This document shows, piece after piece, positions 18,016-27,897 of a stretch of 64,000 nt of DNA. The position numbers and the translations under genes were made by a program. The notes under the pieces were generated by a model, which saw nothing but the letters and a program-made list of their open reading frames with translations, ran no database searches and was not told where the DNA came from. This DNA is from Candidatus Omnitrophota bacterium (GTDB lineage: Bacteria; Omnitrophota; Gorgyraeia; JAHJTE01): NCBI GenBank assembly GCA_020058285.1, contig JAGVEL010000017.1:2027-66026 (forward strand), written 5' to 3'. Every line of letters starts with the position of its first letter. The first letter of the stretch is position 1.

Positions 18016-19020
18016 TTAACTTTTAGGCCTAAATGCAGTTACTGAATCGCGTATAACCAGTTGCGGTTTTAATGCTGCATTTTTCAAACTTACTGGTTTT
18101 CCGGCAATAAGGTAGAGGAGTGTTTCTAAGGCCTTTTCGCACATCTCATTTAAAGGCTGATGAACTGTAGTCAAGCGAATCTGGCCAAAAAGCCCTATTG
18201 GATCATCATCAAAACCGATTACAGAGATATCCTGGGGGACATTTATTCTTTTTTCAGCCAACGCTGAAATAGCCTCCATTGCCATATCATCGCTGGCCAC
18301 AAATATGGCTGTTGGCCTTTTGTCCGTCTTGATAATTGCCTCCACTGCCTTGCGGCTGGAATTACGTGAATAATCTGCCTTGAATATATATTTATCGCTT
18401 GCCAAAATTCCTTTATCAACAAGCGCCTTTTTATATCCGGCGAGCCGCTCGCTTGCAGCCTGGGTATTCAAGTCTCCGGAGATATGAGCGATAATCTTAT
18501 GGTTTAAACCAATCAGATAATTCACCGCCTCATATGCGCCGGCTTTGTTATCAATATAAACGCAGTTTACCTGGGATTGTTCAAAATTTCTATTTATGAC
18601 TACGCTGGGTATGCCTTGTTTTATTGCTTCGTCAACCTGGGCAACATTATCAATTATATCCGCAAACACAATACCATCAACCGCATTAAAATTAAGCACA
18701 GCGTTTCTGGTGCTTAAGTGTAAAAGTAAATCCATGCGCATCCGCTCACAAACAGCGCCAATAGCGCGGATAATCTCAATGGCATAAAATGAATGGAATA
18801 AGCCCGGATAAAAAGGTATAACCAGGCCGATAGTGTTGGTTTTTCCGCCGGCAAGGCGTTGTGCGCTTATATTTGGCTTAAACTTCAACTTGCGGATTGC
18901 TTCTTCGACCCGGAGGCGGTTTTTTGCAGTTACGGAAGGAGTTTTATTTATTACGCGCGAAACTGTAGTAATAGATACATTAGCTACTTTAGCTACATCT
19001 TGAATAGTAACTTTATTCAC
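18016..19020 (-). CDS. LacI/GalR-family transcriptional regulator
   Basis: 334 aa. The N-terminal HTH is VTIQDVAKVANVSITTVSRVIN, followed by a periplasmic-binding-protein-like sugar-binding domain. Confidence 0.9.
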   Translation of the reverse strand: MNKVTIQDVAKVANVSITTVSRVINKTPSVTAKNRLRVEEAIRKLKFKPNISAQRLAGGKTNTIGLVIPFYPGLFHSFYAIEIIRAIGAVCERMRMDLLLHLSTRNAVLNFNAVDGIVFADIIDNVAQVDEAIKQGIPSVVINRNFEQSQVNCVYIDNKAGAYEAVNYLIGLNHKIIAHISGDLNTQAASERLAGYKKALVDKGILASDKYIFKADYSRNSSRKAVEAIIKTDKRPTAIFVASDDMAMEAISALAEKRINVPQDISVIGFDDDPIGLFGQIRLTTVHQPLNEMCEKALETLLYLIAGKPVSLKNAALKPQLVIRDSVTAFRPKS

Positions 19021-19055
19021 TGTAATTTTAAAAAAAAGAAATATCTATTAATGAC

Positions 19056-19074
19056 AAGCTTTTTAAAAAAGCTT
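19056..19074. promoter_or_regulatory. Perfect 19-bp palindrome AAGCTTTTTAAAAAAGCTT in the LacI-gene 5' region (candidate autoregulatory operator, or an AT-rich terminator for the upstream gene)
   Basis: Seen directly in the 80-bp gap between the coiled-coil gene stop (19101) and the LacI gene start (19020). Confidence 0.4.
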
Positions 19075-19100
19075 AAAGGAAAGCTTCTTATTTTTTATTC

Positions 19101-20288
19101 TTAGCGTACTATATCGCCGATCTTCATTCTATGTTTAGCGTCAAAGCGAATTATGTCTGCTGCGCTTATATTTTTCCTGGCCTGAATTACTTCAACGCGG
19201 CCGATGGAAACATTATTGCGATAGATGTCAAATTTTCTTCCGAGCGTAACTGCGTGATTTTCTCCTAAATTTATTACCACAAAATTATTAGCCTCATTTA
19301 TCGCAATTATTTTACCAGAGATAATCTTTAAATCGTTAACCGGCTCGTTGTTTTGCCCCTTAACCACAATTGGCGGCAACTCAACTTCCTTGGCTTCTTT
19401 TTCGCTTTCTGTAGACGCCTTTACGCTTTCCCCGGAAGGTAGTGCCCTTATCTCCCTTGAAACCTTAGCCACCTCGTTAATTTTCTCATCAAGGCTGGCA
19501 TTAATCTGCTCAACCTTTTGATCTAATATCTGTCTCTCTGATTCAATTGACTGCATTTTAGTCTTTAGGGAAAGGTTTGTCCTATCTAGATCTTTTACCT
19601 TTGAGCGTAACGACAAATTCTCTTGTTTTATAAATGTAATCTGGTCTAATATTTCTTTTTTATCCTTCTGCTCACGCATTAAATCTGTAGATAGATTAGA
19701 TGCCAGCCTCTCGTTATAATCTGCACGCCGGCTTAGCTCTTTATTGTCCTGCTCAAATTTGGAAAGCTGTAAGGACAAATCACTTTTATCCTTACTCACC
19801 GTATCTAATCTTATCTGCAGGTCACCTACCACATCTTTTAAATCGGATAATTTTAATTCCAGATCAGCCTTATCTTTTAAAAGTTGCGCCCAATATTCGT
19901 CTGAGGCGCCGGTCGGTTGCTGCGGCTTTTCACTAACCTGCTGTGGCTCCTCTTTCTTTGTCGCGGCTAAACTTTTCAACCTTTCGACAAGTTCATCTTT
20001 TTCTTTTACTAACGTCTCGTATTTTGCCTGAACATTCTCCCGTTCCGCTTTTAAAGAATTTAAGTCTTTTTCGAGTTGGGGAATTTTGCTTTGCAGTTTT
20101 TCTTTTTCGTCTTTAAGGCTGGCTAATTGACTGGACCAGGTAGTGGTCTGAGTGTTTAGTTTATCTTTAATCTCATTGTAATTTTGCTGCAGTGATTGTC
20201 TTTCCTGGAATAGCTGCAATAAGAAGAAAACGCTTACTGATAACAAAATTAATAAGCCAATTATAATAAATTTTGAGCCTTTTCCCAT
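19101..20288 (-). CDS. Membrane-anchored coiled-coil protein with a conserved C-terminal approximately 90-aa globular domain
   Basis: 395 aa. An N-terminal TM helix (FIIIGLLILLSVSVFFLLQLF) is followed by a long heptad-rich Q/E/K/L region. The C-terminus reads GKIIAINEANNFVVINLG...IGDIVR. Confidence 0.7.
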   Translation of the reverse strand: MGKGSKFIIIGLLILLSVSVFFLLQLFQERQSLQQNYNEIKDKLNTQTTTWSSQLASLKDEKEKLQSKIPQLEKDLNSLKAERENVQAKYETLVKEKDELVERLKSLAATKKEEPQQVSEKPQQPTGASDEYWAQLLKDKADLELKLSDLKDVVGDLQIRLDTVSKDKSDLSLQLSKFEQDNKELSRRADYNERLASNLSTDLMREQKDKKEILDQITFIKQENLSLRSKVKDLDRTNLSLKTKMQSIESERQILDQKVEQINASLDEKINEVAKVSREIRALPSGESVKASTESEKEAKEVELPPIVVKGQNNEPVNDLKIISGKIIAINEANNFVVINLGENHAVTLGRKFDIYRNNVSIGRVEVIQARKNISAADIIRFDAKHRMKIGDIVR

Positions 20289-20302
20289 TTACCCCCCTTG
20301 TC

Positions 20303-21544
20303 TTACGCTTTAATGAACATATTGCGCACTACTAAACTTGCTGCACCTAAGGCTACTGCATTTTCTCCGAGTCGCGACGGCATTATTTTTACTGCCTGGG
20401 CCATTTCCTTGAAACACCAATCATTAACTGATTGACGTACAATATCAAGCAGAACATTACCCGCTTCCTCTAATCCGCCGCCGATTATTACTAATTGCGG
20501 ATTAAATACATTGACCAGGAATGCAATCTTTAAAGCCAACCTCCTTGAGACAGCGGCGATTAATTCTAGAGCTAATGAATCACGCTGTTTAGCAGCGTTA
20601 AAGATTATGTTTAAATTAATTTTTGATATATCCGCCGAGGCTAATTTAAAAATGAGCGAAGAATCTTTTAGCTCCGGAGAGTTTAAGAATCTATTTCTCG
20701 CTGCCTCCCGCAAACCTAAATCGGCTTCTATCCGTTTCAATAAACAAGGAGCGCCAAATTCACAATTAAAAAGCTCTTCATCTTTGGGACTTGATATTGA
20801 TAACTCTCCGGCTGCGCCGCTTGCGCCGCGATAGATTTGGCCATCAATCATTATCCCACAGCCAACACCGGAAAAAAAATAAAGTAAATGCTTTATTTCC
20901 GGATTTAGCGTCAACCACTGCTCGCCAAAACAGGCCAACGTGGCATCGTTATCAATAAACGCATTTAAACCAAATTCGCGTTCAATAATGTCTTTTAGCG
21001 GTAAATATACACTGGCGTAGTCAGTCTTATTCTCTGAAATTTTTTGCGGCCACAAAACTGTTTCGCCAAGTTTATCTACAATGCCAGCAATGCCTACGCC
21101 TACACCTTCAATATTTCTATTTTGTTTTTTTGCCTCAGTTACTAACCGAGTAGTAATTTTAACTATTGCCTGGACAATATCTTTTATATTTAATTCCGGC
21201 TTATCTTCCTTGACGCAATATAAAAGTTTTCCATTTAAATCCGTCATCACTCCTACCATATTCAGGAGATTGATGCCCACGCCAAGCGCCACACCTCTAG
21301 TTGAGTTTAAATCCAATAATAACGGCCTGCGGCCGCCGCCCGATACATCCAGGGCTTTTTCCATAACTATACTTTTTTCTAAGAATTCCTCAATATAATT
21401 AGAAACTGTGGCTACATTAAGACCGACAATTTTAGATATGTCGGTTTTGCTTATCGGGCCGCTACGCCTAATAGCTTCAAGTATAGCTAAGTTCCTTCGC
21501 GACCTCTCTGTTAAAATTTCATCTTCAAAAACTTCCGTTCTCAC
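20303..21544 (-). CDS. ROK-family transcriptional repressor (NagC/XylR-like)
   Basis: 413 aa. The N-terminal winged HTH (ILEAIRRSGPISKTDISKIVGLNVATVSNYIEEF) is followed by a ROK sugar-kinase-like domain with glycine-rich motifs. Confidence 0.85.
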   Translation of the reverse strand: MRTEVFEDEILTERSRRNLAILEAIRRSGPISKTDISKIVGLNVATVSNYIEEFLEKSIVMEKALDVSGGGRRPLLLDLNSTRGVALGVGINLLNMVGVMTDLNGKLLYCVKEDKPELNIKDIVQAIVKITTRLVTEAKKQNRNIEGVGVGIAGIVDKLGETVLWPQKISENKTDYASVYLPLKDIIEREFGLNAFIDNDATLACFGEQWLTLNPEIKHLLYFFSGVGCGIMIDGQIYRGASGAAGELSISSPKDEELFNCEFGAPCLLKRIEADLGLREAARNRFLNSPELKDSSLIFKLASADISKINLNIIFNAAKQRDSLALELIAAVSRRLALKIAFLVNVFNPQLVIIGGGLEEAGNVLLDIVRQSVNDWCFKEMAQAVKIMPSRLGENAVALGAASLVVRNMFIKA

Positions 21545-21630
21545 GGTTCACATCTCTTTTTTCTCCGTGGCTTTTTAATTAAATTAATCTTACTACATAA
21601 CTTAAATTAAGTCAATAGGTTATCAATAAA

Positions 21631-21669
21631 AATTTACCCCGTTAGTATTTTCTAACGGGGTAAATTTTT
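21631..21669 (-). terminator. Rho-independent terminator (bidirectional-looking) after the tandem-domain protein gene
   Basis: A 10-bp perfect stem accccgttag/ctaacggggt with a 7-nt loop is flanked by A/T runs. Confidence 0.6.
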
Positions 21670-21690
21670 GAACGTAATCCTTAAAAAGAA

Positions 21691-22839
21691 TTACTCATAT
21701 TTTATTTCATCAAGATAAAATACCGCTCCTTGAGGGTTCACATCAATATTCGTAGACCAGGCAAATCCGCCGCTTAAATAACTTAAATCTTTACCCTTAA
21801 GGTCTATTACATATTGTTTCCATTCCTTGGTTAATATCACTGGTCCAATGCCTGCGGAATCTGAATCCGGATATTCGCCCATAAGCCCGCCAATTTTTAA
21901 CTCTTCAATGCGCTCTGCGCCTTTTTCGCCTTTAGCCCAAAAAGTTATCTTTGTCGCTTTGGACAAATCATAACCGCCATCAACATTACCCCAGTTATTT
22001 GCCGGATTCTGCCAATAAATTCCTGCCCAGCGTGCACCGTTTGTAGCTTTCCCGGAATAACTTATCTTTATGCAACTGTCTCCAGACTGAGTATTTTCAG
22101 ACCAAGACTGATCCACAATTAAATCACCATAATCGCCCATCCAACCCGACAGGATAAAATGATTCTTTACCGAGATTCTGTCAGAATATACATAAAACGG
22201 CATAGTTTGTGCGGATTTTACTTCGGGCTTAACTGCATCATCCTTTTCAAATTTGATTTCATCAATATATATTGTTGCCCCCTTAGGATTAAGATCTGCA
22301 CTGGTTACAAAAGCAAACCCGCCGCTGATAGAGCTTAAATCCTCACCGGCAAGATTAATCGTATATTTTTCCCAGGTATTACTTAATTCAATTGGGCCAA
22401 AACTAACTTCAGTAGAGTCAAGATACGTACCTTTGATGCCGCCGACTTTAACCTTTTCAATTATCTCACCGCCAACTTTTCCTTTTGCCCAAAATGTAAG
22501 CTTAGTCATTCCTCTTAAATCAAATCCGCCTTGGACTGAACCCCAGTTATTTGCCGGGTTTTGCCAATACATTCCTGCCCAACCATATTTCTGGGAACGC
22601 GCTGCGCTATAGGTTATCTCTATACAGCTTGTGCCGCTATAAGGTTCCTTCATAGATTCTTCGTTTATTTTTAAATCCCCATAATCACCCATCCAGCCAC
22701 TGGGTATATAATGGTTTAATGGAGATCCTTTATCAGTATAAACAACAAATGTATCCTTGGCTGCTTCTTGAGCAAAACTAATAGTCGCTGCTGTCAACCC
22801 TAGTATTACTGTACTCAAAATTACTAAAACCCTTTTCAT
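21691..22839 (-). CDS. Secreted protein with two tandem approximately 180-aa homologous domains (probable carbohydrate-binding / CBM-like beta-sandwich)
   Basis: 382 aa with a signal peptide. Both internal repeats share SGWMGDYGDL...YWQNPANNWG..GG.DL...TK.TFWAKG....IE..K.GG..G.Y.DS....GP..L...W..Y.I.L.G.DLS...GGFA......NP.GA..Y.DEIK.E. Confidence 0.7.
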   Translation of the reverse strand: MKRVLVILSTVILGLTAATISFAQEAAKDTFVVYTDKGSPLNHYIPSGWMGDYGDLKINEESMKEPYSGTSCIEITYSAARSQKYGWAGMYWQNPANNWGSVQGGFDLRGMTKLTFWAKGKVGGEIIEKVKVGGIKGTYLDSTEVSFGPIELSNTWEKYTINLAGEDLSSISGGFAFVTSADLNPKGATIYIDEIKFEKDDAVKPEVKSAQTMPFYVYSDRISVKNHFILSGWMGDYGDLIVDQSWSENTQSGDSCIKISYSGKATNGARWAGIYWQNPANNWGNVDGGYDLSKATKITFWAKGEKGAERIEELKIGGLMGEYPDSDSAGIGPVILTKEWKQYVIDLKGKDLSYLSGGFAWSTNIDVNPQGAVFYLDEIKYE

Positions 22840-22856
22840 TCTGCCTCCTTAATGAG

Positions 22857-23012
22857 CGCATAACTTACGGAGCAGGAACTACGACGTAAGTTATTTGCGC
22901 GAATTAATCCCTCACCTTTTATCTATTCAAGTATTTAGGTATTTTTTGAATACCTAAAAAGGTGAGGGATAAGTTCAGCCAATAAAGTTATGTTCATTAC
23001 ATTCCATAACTT
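22857..23012 (-). repeat. Structured intergenic repeat element, copy 2 (hairpin A cataacttacg..cgtaagttat, box GCGAATTAATCC, hairpin B, hairpin C with loop TTCATTACATTC)
   Basis: Seen directly. It lies 3' of the glycoside hydrolase gene. Confidence 0.6.
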
Positions 23013-23168
23013 TAGGCTTCACTTAACTTCTTTTAATCTTTTTAAATCTATCTAGTTAACTTTTAAAGTATAATCTACGCGTATCTAAAAGTCAAGCGAA
23101 ATTTGGCCAGCTGGCGATTCAAATTTCACTTGTGCCGCAAAGGCTTTTGCGGCCAAGCAAGCAGAACC

Positions 23169-25481
23169 CTATCTCCAATATCGCTGTAATGTAAAGTAAC
23201 CCTTGCGTAACTGTCTCAAAAACGGACTCATTGCTCCATCGCCTTGAGATACCACGCCAAGCCATTCTTCGTACATAAACCCATCGGGAAATGGCCCTTT
23301 AAATAAGCCTTTTGTATCATGAATGCTCGGCTCATAAGCCTTCCACCATTCATCCAAATACTCAAAAACAATACCGCCCAAGGCATTGCCATAACCATCT
23401 TTGTTAAAGGCTGTGTTTGACATTATATCCTGCCAACAACCTTCTAAAAATTGCGCCTGGCCAAGTTCAGCTTGCTCTCTATCCAAATTATGGGCATAAG
23501 CCGGGCAACCAAATTCAGTAATAAACGCGGGCTTACCTGTTTCAAAGAATACTGACTGCCAAAGGTCAGCAAAACCAAATTCTCCCCGGTAAGCATTTGC
23601 AGCAAAGATATCCACATTGGCAGCATATTTTGCAAACTTATCCAGAAATAACGTATCACCATTGGCTAAAGCTATCGGATGAACATTATCTATTCTTTTA
23701 ATCTCCGCAGCTACCTTGTCGCAGAATTTATAAAAGGCATCGGGCTTTTTATCGGCATTACAAGCAACGCCGTAAACATTTTCATTGCCTAAAAGCCACA
23801 TCAAAATATAAGGCTCATCTTTAAATTCGTTTACCATTTTTGTAACTGAATCCAGCATATTTTTTTGATGTTCGGGATTTTCATAATCTGTCCCTTTATA
23901 CCAATCCGCGCTAGAGCCAATTGCATACTTACCTAAATAATCGCCCATAATAACCATTATTCCAAATTCCTCATAGAGCTGACGCAGAAGTTTTTTATTT
24001 TTTTCAGTCAAGGCAAATGGTTGATGATAAATCCTTATTGTATTTACCCCCATATTTTTCATAAGCTGAAAATCGCCAATCGGAAACTCATCCGCATCCT
24101 GTTTGTTATTAAAATTCTTATCCACAAATGCGTCAAACGGGCCATCGCACAAATTGTTTCGGTTATAATCGTAATCCATCCAGTTTAGCAGAGTGCCGTC
24201 GTCAGGGCTCTGGCCAACTTTTGTCGGCGAATATGTTATACCTTTAATTATATATGGTTTATTATCCACATATAGCCGCCAATGCCGGTTATCAAACTGG
24301 ACTAGTTTAATCCTTTCCCCGCCGATTTTCTTTGTCACTTTTACTCTAAGCTTCTGGCCAGATGGCAGAGTAGCAACCTTATCCAGTAAATTAGTATGCA
24401 CTAACTTGCCAGGATCAACGATAACCACATCATTGGTAATATCCTTGTCAAAACTATTAATTATGCGCACCTTGGCATTTTCAAGAGTTAAACCTAAATT
24501 AGGATTGCGAAAACATAAATATTTGATCTTGGCAATTGCTACCGGGCCGATATACCAAGGCGTCTGCCAATAAGTCCAGCCATAGCTTGCCGGAAAATGC
24601 ACAATAATTGCGTAATATGCCTTTATTGCCTGCTCAACGAATCCGGCTTTCTCTAAGGCAAAGGCTGTATAAAAAAGTTTCACACCTTCAGGCTCGCTGG
24701 CAGTTGCCCATCTGTAAAAGGCAGCTTCTAAATCCGGGCTGTTAACATAATCCCAATGATTACCTTTAAGCCTGCCTTCTTTCAGTGCCTTGCGGAAATT
24801 AGGATCCCAGCGCACACTGGTTGAATTTGGGTATATTCCTTCGCCAACTGCCTGAGCCAACCCTTCCTGATCAATGATTTCATATTTATAATCCTTGCTG
24901 CCAATGCCGCTGAATTTTCCAAATTTTTTATATTCAACCGGAAACTGGTTACCTGAATCATAAAGAGTTAATTTAGTCACAGGTCTTTCGGCAACTGGTT
25001 TCACATCGTTGCCATATGGTTTTTTGCCCTCAATTTTGTCCAGGATATTCTGGCTTTTTTCAGATACAGACCAAAACCAGCCGCGCGGATCCCAGGCTTG
25101 TGCAAAATGATAATTAACTACTGCCTCTTTCAAGGCCGACTTTGCTTCCTCAAATTTTCCAAGCTTGAACAATGCTTCTCCTCGGATAAAACAACAGGTA
25201 GCAACATCATTTAATGCGCTGTATCGGCCTGCCTTATCTTTAGACGCCAGCGCATTCAAGCTTCCCTGTTGTTTATGGGCTTCCTGCGCATAATTATCAA
25301 TGCATTCCTGGGTTATCTTCATCAGATTATCTAAATCCTCTTTACTTGATGCCTCCCAGGCCTTGCGCACGTATTCAGCGGAAGGCAGTGGCTCAGCGAA
25401 AACAGTCCATGGTCCATGGTCCATGGTCCATAGTAAAAATAAAATAGCTAAGCCAACAACTTTGTGATTTATTTTTCTCAT
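23169..25481 (-). CDS. Secreted glycoside hydrolase, clan GH-A TIM barrel (GH5-like) with an N-terminal accessory region
   Basis: 770 aa with a signal peptide. The acid/base motif is LLGNENVYG and the nucleophile motif is AFITEFGCPAY. The context is a beta-glucoside utilisation locus. Confidence 0.7.
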   Translation of the reverse strand: MRKINHKVVGLAILFLLWTMDHGPWTVFAEPLPSAEYVRKAWEASSKEDLDNLMKITQECIDNYAQEAHKQQGSLNALASKDKAGRYSALNDVATCCFIRGEALFKLGKFEEAKSALKEAVVNYHFAQAWDPRGWFWSVSEKSQNILDKIEGKKPYGNDVKPVAERPVTKLTLYDSGNQFPVEYKKFGKFSGIGSKDYKYEIIDQEGLAQAVGEGIYPNSTSVRWDPNFRKALKEGRLKGNHWDYVNSPDLEAAFYRWATASEPEGVKLFYTAFALEKAGFVEQAIKAYYAIIVHFPASYGWTYWQTPWYIGPVAIAKIKYLCFRNPNLGLTLENAKVRIINSFDKDITNDVVIVDPGKLVHTNLLDKVATLPSGQKLRVKVTKKIGGERIKLVQFDNRHWRLYVDNKPYIIKGITYSPTKVGQSPDDGTLLNWMDYDYNRNNLCDGPFDAFVDKNFNNKQDADEFPIGDFQLMKNMGVNTIRIYHQPFALTEKNKKLLRQLYEEFGIMVIMGDYLGKYAIGSSADWYKGTDYENPEHQKNMLDSVTKMVNEFKDEPYILMWLLGNENVYGVACNADKKPDAFYKFCDKVAAEIKRIDNVHPIALANGDTLFLDKFAKYAANVDIFAANAYRGEFGFADLWQSVFFETGKPAFITEFGCPAYAHNLDREQAELGQAQFLEGCWQDIMSNTAFNKDGYGNALGGIVFEYLDEWWKAYEPSIHDTKGLFKGPFPDGFMYEEWLGVVSQGDGAMSPFLRQLRKGYFTLQRYWR

Positions 25482-25507
25482 CCGACCAGCGCTCCCGCGG
25501 TAATACC

Positions 25508-27034
25508 CTAGTCCCGTCTTTCTACTCTGCGCCTTTCCTCTTCTGCTCGTCTTTCTACTCTGCGCCCTTCTTCTTCTGCTCGTCTTTCTCCTCTGCGCCG
25601 CTCGACCTGCCCACGAATTTCAAAGCACTTAGCTTCTGTGAGATCAAAACTCATAATAACAAAAATAGCGGCTAAAGAGGTCACAATCGGGATGCCGATA
25701 TCACACAGCCGCATATTCAATAAAGCTTGCGGTGTTTGGTTGAGGCCTAATGTAACTTTAAAGCCGGTCATATTCAGGAGAATTCCGGAAATAAGCGATG
25801 AAGCTGCGACTCCCACTTTTACCATCCACCAGTAAATAGCGCCAAACATACCTTCCCTACGTGTATCGGTTCGAAGTTCATCAAGGTCGCAGACATCAGC
25901 GACCATAGAGCTAACTAAGGTAAAGAGTGATCCCAGGCCAAATGCGATGAACGGAGCAGCGATCATCAGTAAGTACGGATGCTCAGGATTATACCCTACC
26001 CACTTCAAAGCGTAACCGATTATTGAAATAGGAATAGTGATAAAGAATGTGTTTCTCTTACCGAGTTTTCTGGATAGCCATGTGGTTACGTAAATGGCGC
26101 CCATAGTACAAAGAGCAGAAAACGTCCCATAGATACCGAGCAAAAGACCGCCGTTTGCATAGGCTTGATCAAGAACAGGAGCATTCTTAAAGACGTAGAA
26201 GAAAACAACATAGATGGTAAAAGCTGACGCGCACATGAATCCACCAAAGATCAGTAAGGTGAACATGCACAGCTTGAAAAATGGCTTACATTTAAGAGTA
26301 ACAAAACCCCCGCCAAAGAAGTCTTTCGTCACATTCCAAGCGCCCTTGACATCAGGTTTTGGTAAGTCGTGAAAGTATTCTTTATTAAAGATAGCCGGCA
26401 GGATTCCGAACCCAACGATAATCATACCGATGATGATTGCAAGAACTCTTCCGCCATAAACGATATCCGGAAACCAGTTCTGGTTGTGCATAATAAACCA
26501 GCACCAAGGAGCGATGAACCAGGGCAATTGACCGACAATATTGCTGGCCCCCTGCAAGCGTGTGCGCTCATGATAATCAGGGGTCATTTCATATCCCAGC
26601 GCTATCCAAGGGATGGAAAAACAGGTAAATCCAATAAAATAAAGGGCCTGAAACACCCCGAAATACAAGACATAGAAACCTTCGCTATGCCCCTTATAGA
26701 GTTGATACATCAATGCGTAACAAATCCCGCCGGTAACCGCGCCAAATAATATAAGCGGCCTACGGCGTCCCCAACGGGTCCGTAGATTATCAGAAAAGTA
26801 GCCGGTTATGGGATCAGATATGGCATCAATAATACGGGGAATGGCTCCGACCAAACCCACTAAAGCTGGATTTACGCCTAATCCGAGGTTTAAAACAATG
26901 ACCATCTGTCCGATAAAGGCGGCCTGAGCAGTATTCGCAAATGCCCCCATACTGTATATGAATTTTTGAAAAAAAGGAATGCGGTCTTGGGGGGCTGTAA
27001 CATGGTGTTTAAGTTGACCAACTGATTGTTCCAT
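25508..27034 (-). CDS. MFS transporter, glycoside-pentoside-hexuronide (GPH):cation symporter family, with an Arg/Glu-rich repetitive C-terminal tail
   Basis: 508 aa. It has the GPH signature D..G..SDNLRTRWGRRRP and 12 TM helices. The tail RGQVERRRGERRAEEEGRRVERRAEEERRRVERRD is encoded by 33-bp tandem repeats at 25509-25600. Confidence 0.8.
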   Translation of the reverse strand: MEQSVGQLKHHVTAPQDRIPFFQKFIYSMGAFANTAQAAFIGQMVIVLNLGLGVNPALVGLVGAIPRIIDAISDPITGYFSDNLRTRWGRRRPLILFGAVTGGICYALMYQLYKGHSEGFYVLYFGVFQALYFIGFTCFSIPWIALGYEMTPDYHERTRLQGASNIVGQLPWFIAPWCWFIMHNQNWFPDIVYGGRVLAIIIGMIIVGFGILPAIFNKEYFHDLPKPDVKGAWNVTKDFFGGGFVTLKCKPFFKLCMFTLLIFGGFMCASAFTIYVVFFYVFKNAPVLDQAYANGGLLLGIYGTFSALCTMGAIYVTTWLSRKLGKRNTFFITIPISIIGYALKWVGYNPEHPYLLMIAAPFIAFGLGSLFTLVSSMVADVCDLDELRTDTRREGMFGAIYWWMVKVGVAASSLISGILLNMTGFKVTLGLNQTPQALLNMRLCDIGIPIVTSLAAIFVIMSFDLTEAKCFEIRGQVERRRGERRAEEEGRRVERRAEEERRRVERRD

Positions 27035-27057
27035 TAATTGACCTCCGTTCTTTTTTC

Positions 27058-27897
27058 TTATTGAAATATCGCCTGAGAAATTACTCCCTTGACAATATAC
27101 TTCTGCATCAACAGGTATAAGATGATTATAGGTAGGGCCGCTATAGTAAGTCCTGCCATCAAAAGTGGGTAATTAGTCAGGAACTCTCCCCGGAACATCA
27201 TCACCCCCCGTTGAAGAGGCATCAGGTTTTTACTGTTAAATATTATCAAAGCCAGTACATATTCGTTCCAGACATTCAGGGCGTTAAAAATCACCACCAC
27301 CGCAAGCGCCGGCTTGACAAAGGGCAGAGCCACATGTCTATAAATCCCCAACCTGTTGCAGCCGTCTATCCTAGCGGCATCCTCTAACTCTTTAGGCATC
27401 TTATCGAAAAACGTCTTAAGTAAAAATATGCTAAAAGACAGCCCCACGTTAATAAGGCATAAAACATACCCCAGCCGCGTATTGACCAAATGAAGTTTCA
27501 CCATAAGCACATATAAAGGAACGAAACTACCCGGCAGCGGTATCATCATCGCGGCAAGAAGCATGATAAAGAATGCCTTTCTACCGGGAAATTCCAATCG
27601 CGAAAACGCAAATGCTGCCAGCGATGATACTAAAACTATGCCGAATACTACAGTAAAGGTATATATTAAGCTATTCAAGAAATACCTACCGAAACCCCCG
27701 TCTATCCAGGCCGTGACATAATTCTCGAAATGCGGCTGTTGAGGAATTATGCTCATGTCAGAAAAAACAGTTGCCTGCGTCTTTAAGGAAGAACCAAACA
27801 TCCATAATAGAGGGAAAAGACAGGCAATCGACACCGAAATCAATAAAAGATGGACTAGGATGTTTGTGAAGGTTTTCTTTACCCTATATATCTGCAT
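27058..27897 (-). CDS. ABC sugar transporter permease (CUT1 family, MalG-like)
   Basis: The EAA loop is DAARIDGCNRLGIYRHVALPFVKPAL. The start is assigned to the internal ATG that overlaps the upstream permease stop (ATGA). The ORF-track start at 27984 would overlap the upstream gene by 88 nt. Confidence 0.75.
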   Translation of the reverse strand: MQIYRVKKTFTNILVHLLLISVSIACLFPLLWMFGSSLKTQATVFSDMSIIPQQPHFENYVTAWIDGGFGRYFLNSLIYTFTVVFGIVLVSSLAAFAFSRLEFPGRKAFFIMLLAAMMIPLPGSFVPLYVLMVKLHLVNTRLGYVLCLINVGLSFSIFLLKTFFDKMPKELEDAARIDGCNRLGIYRHVALPFVKPALAVVVIFNALNVWNEYVLALIIFNSKNLMPLQRGVMMFRGEFLTNYPLLMAGLTIAALPIIILYLLMQKYIVKGVISQAIFQ

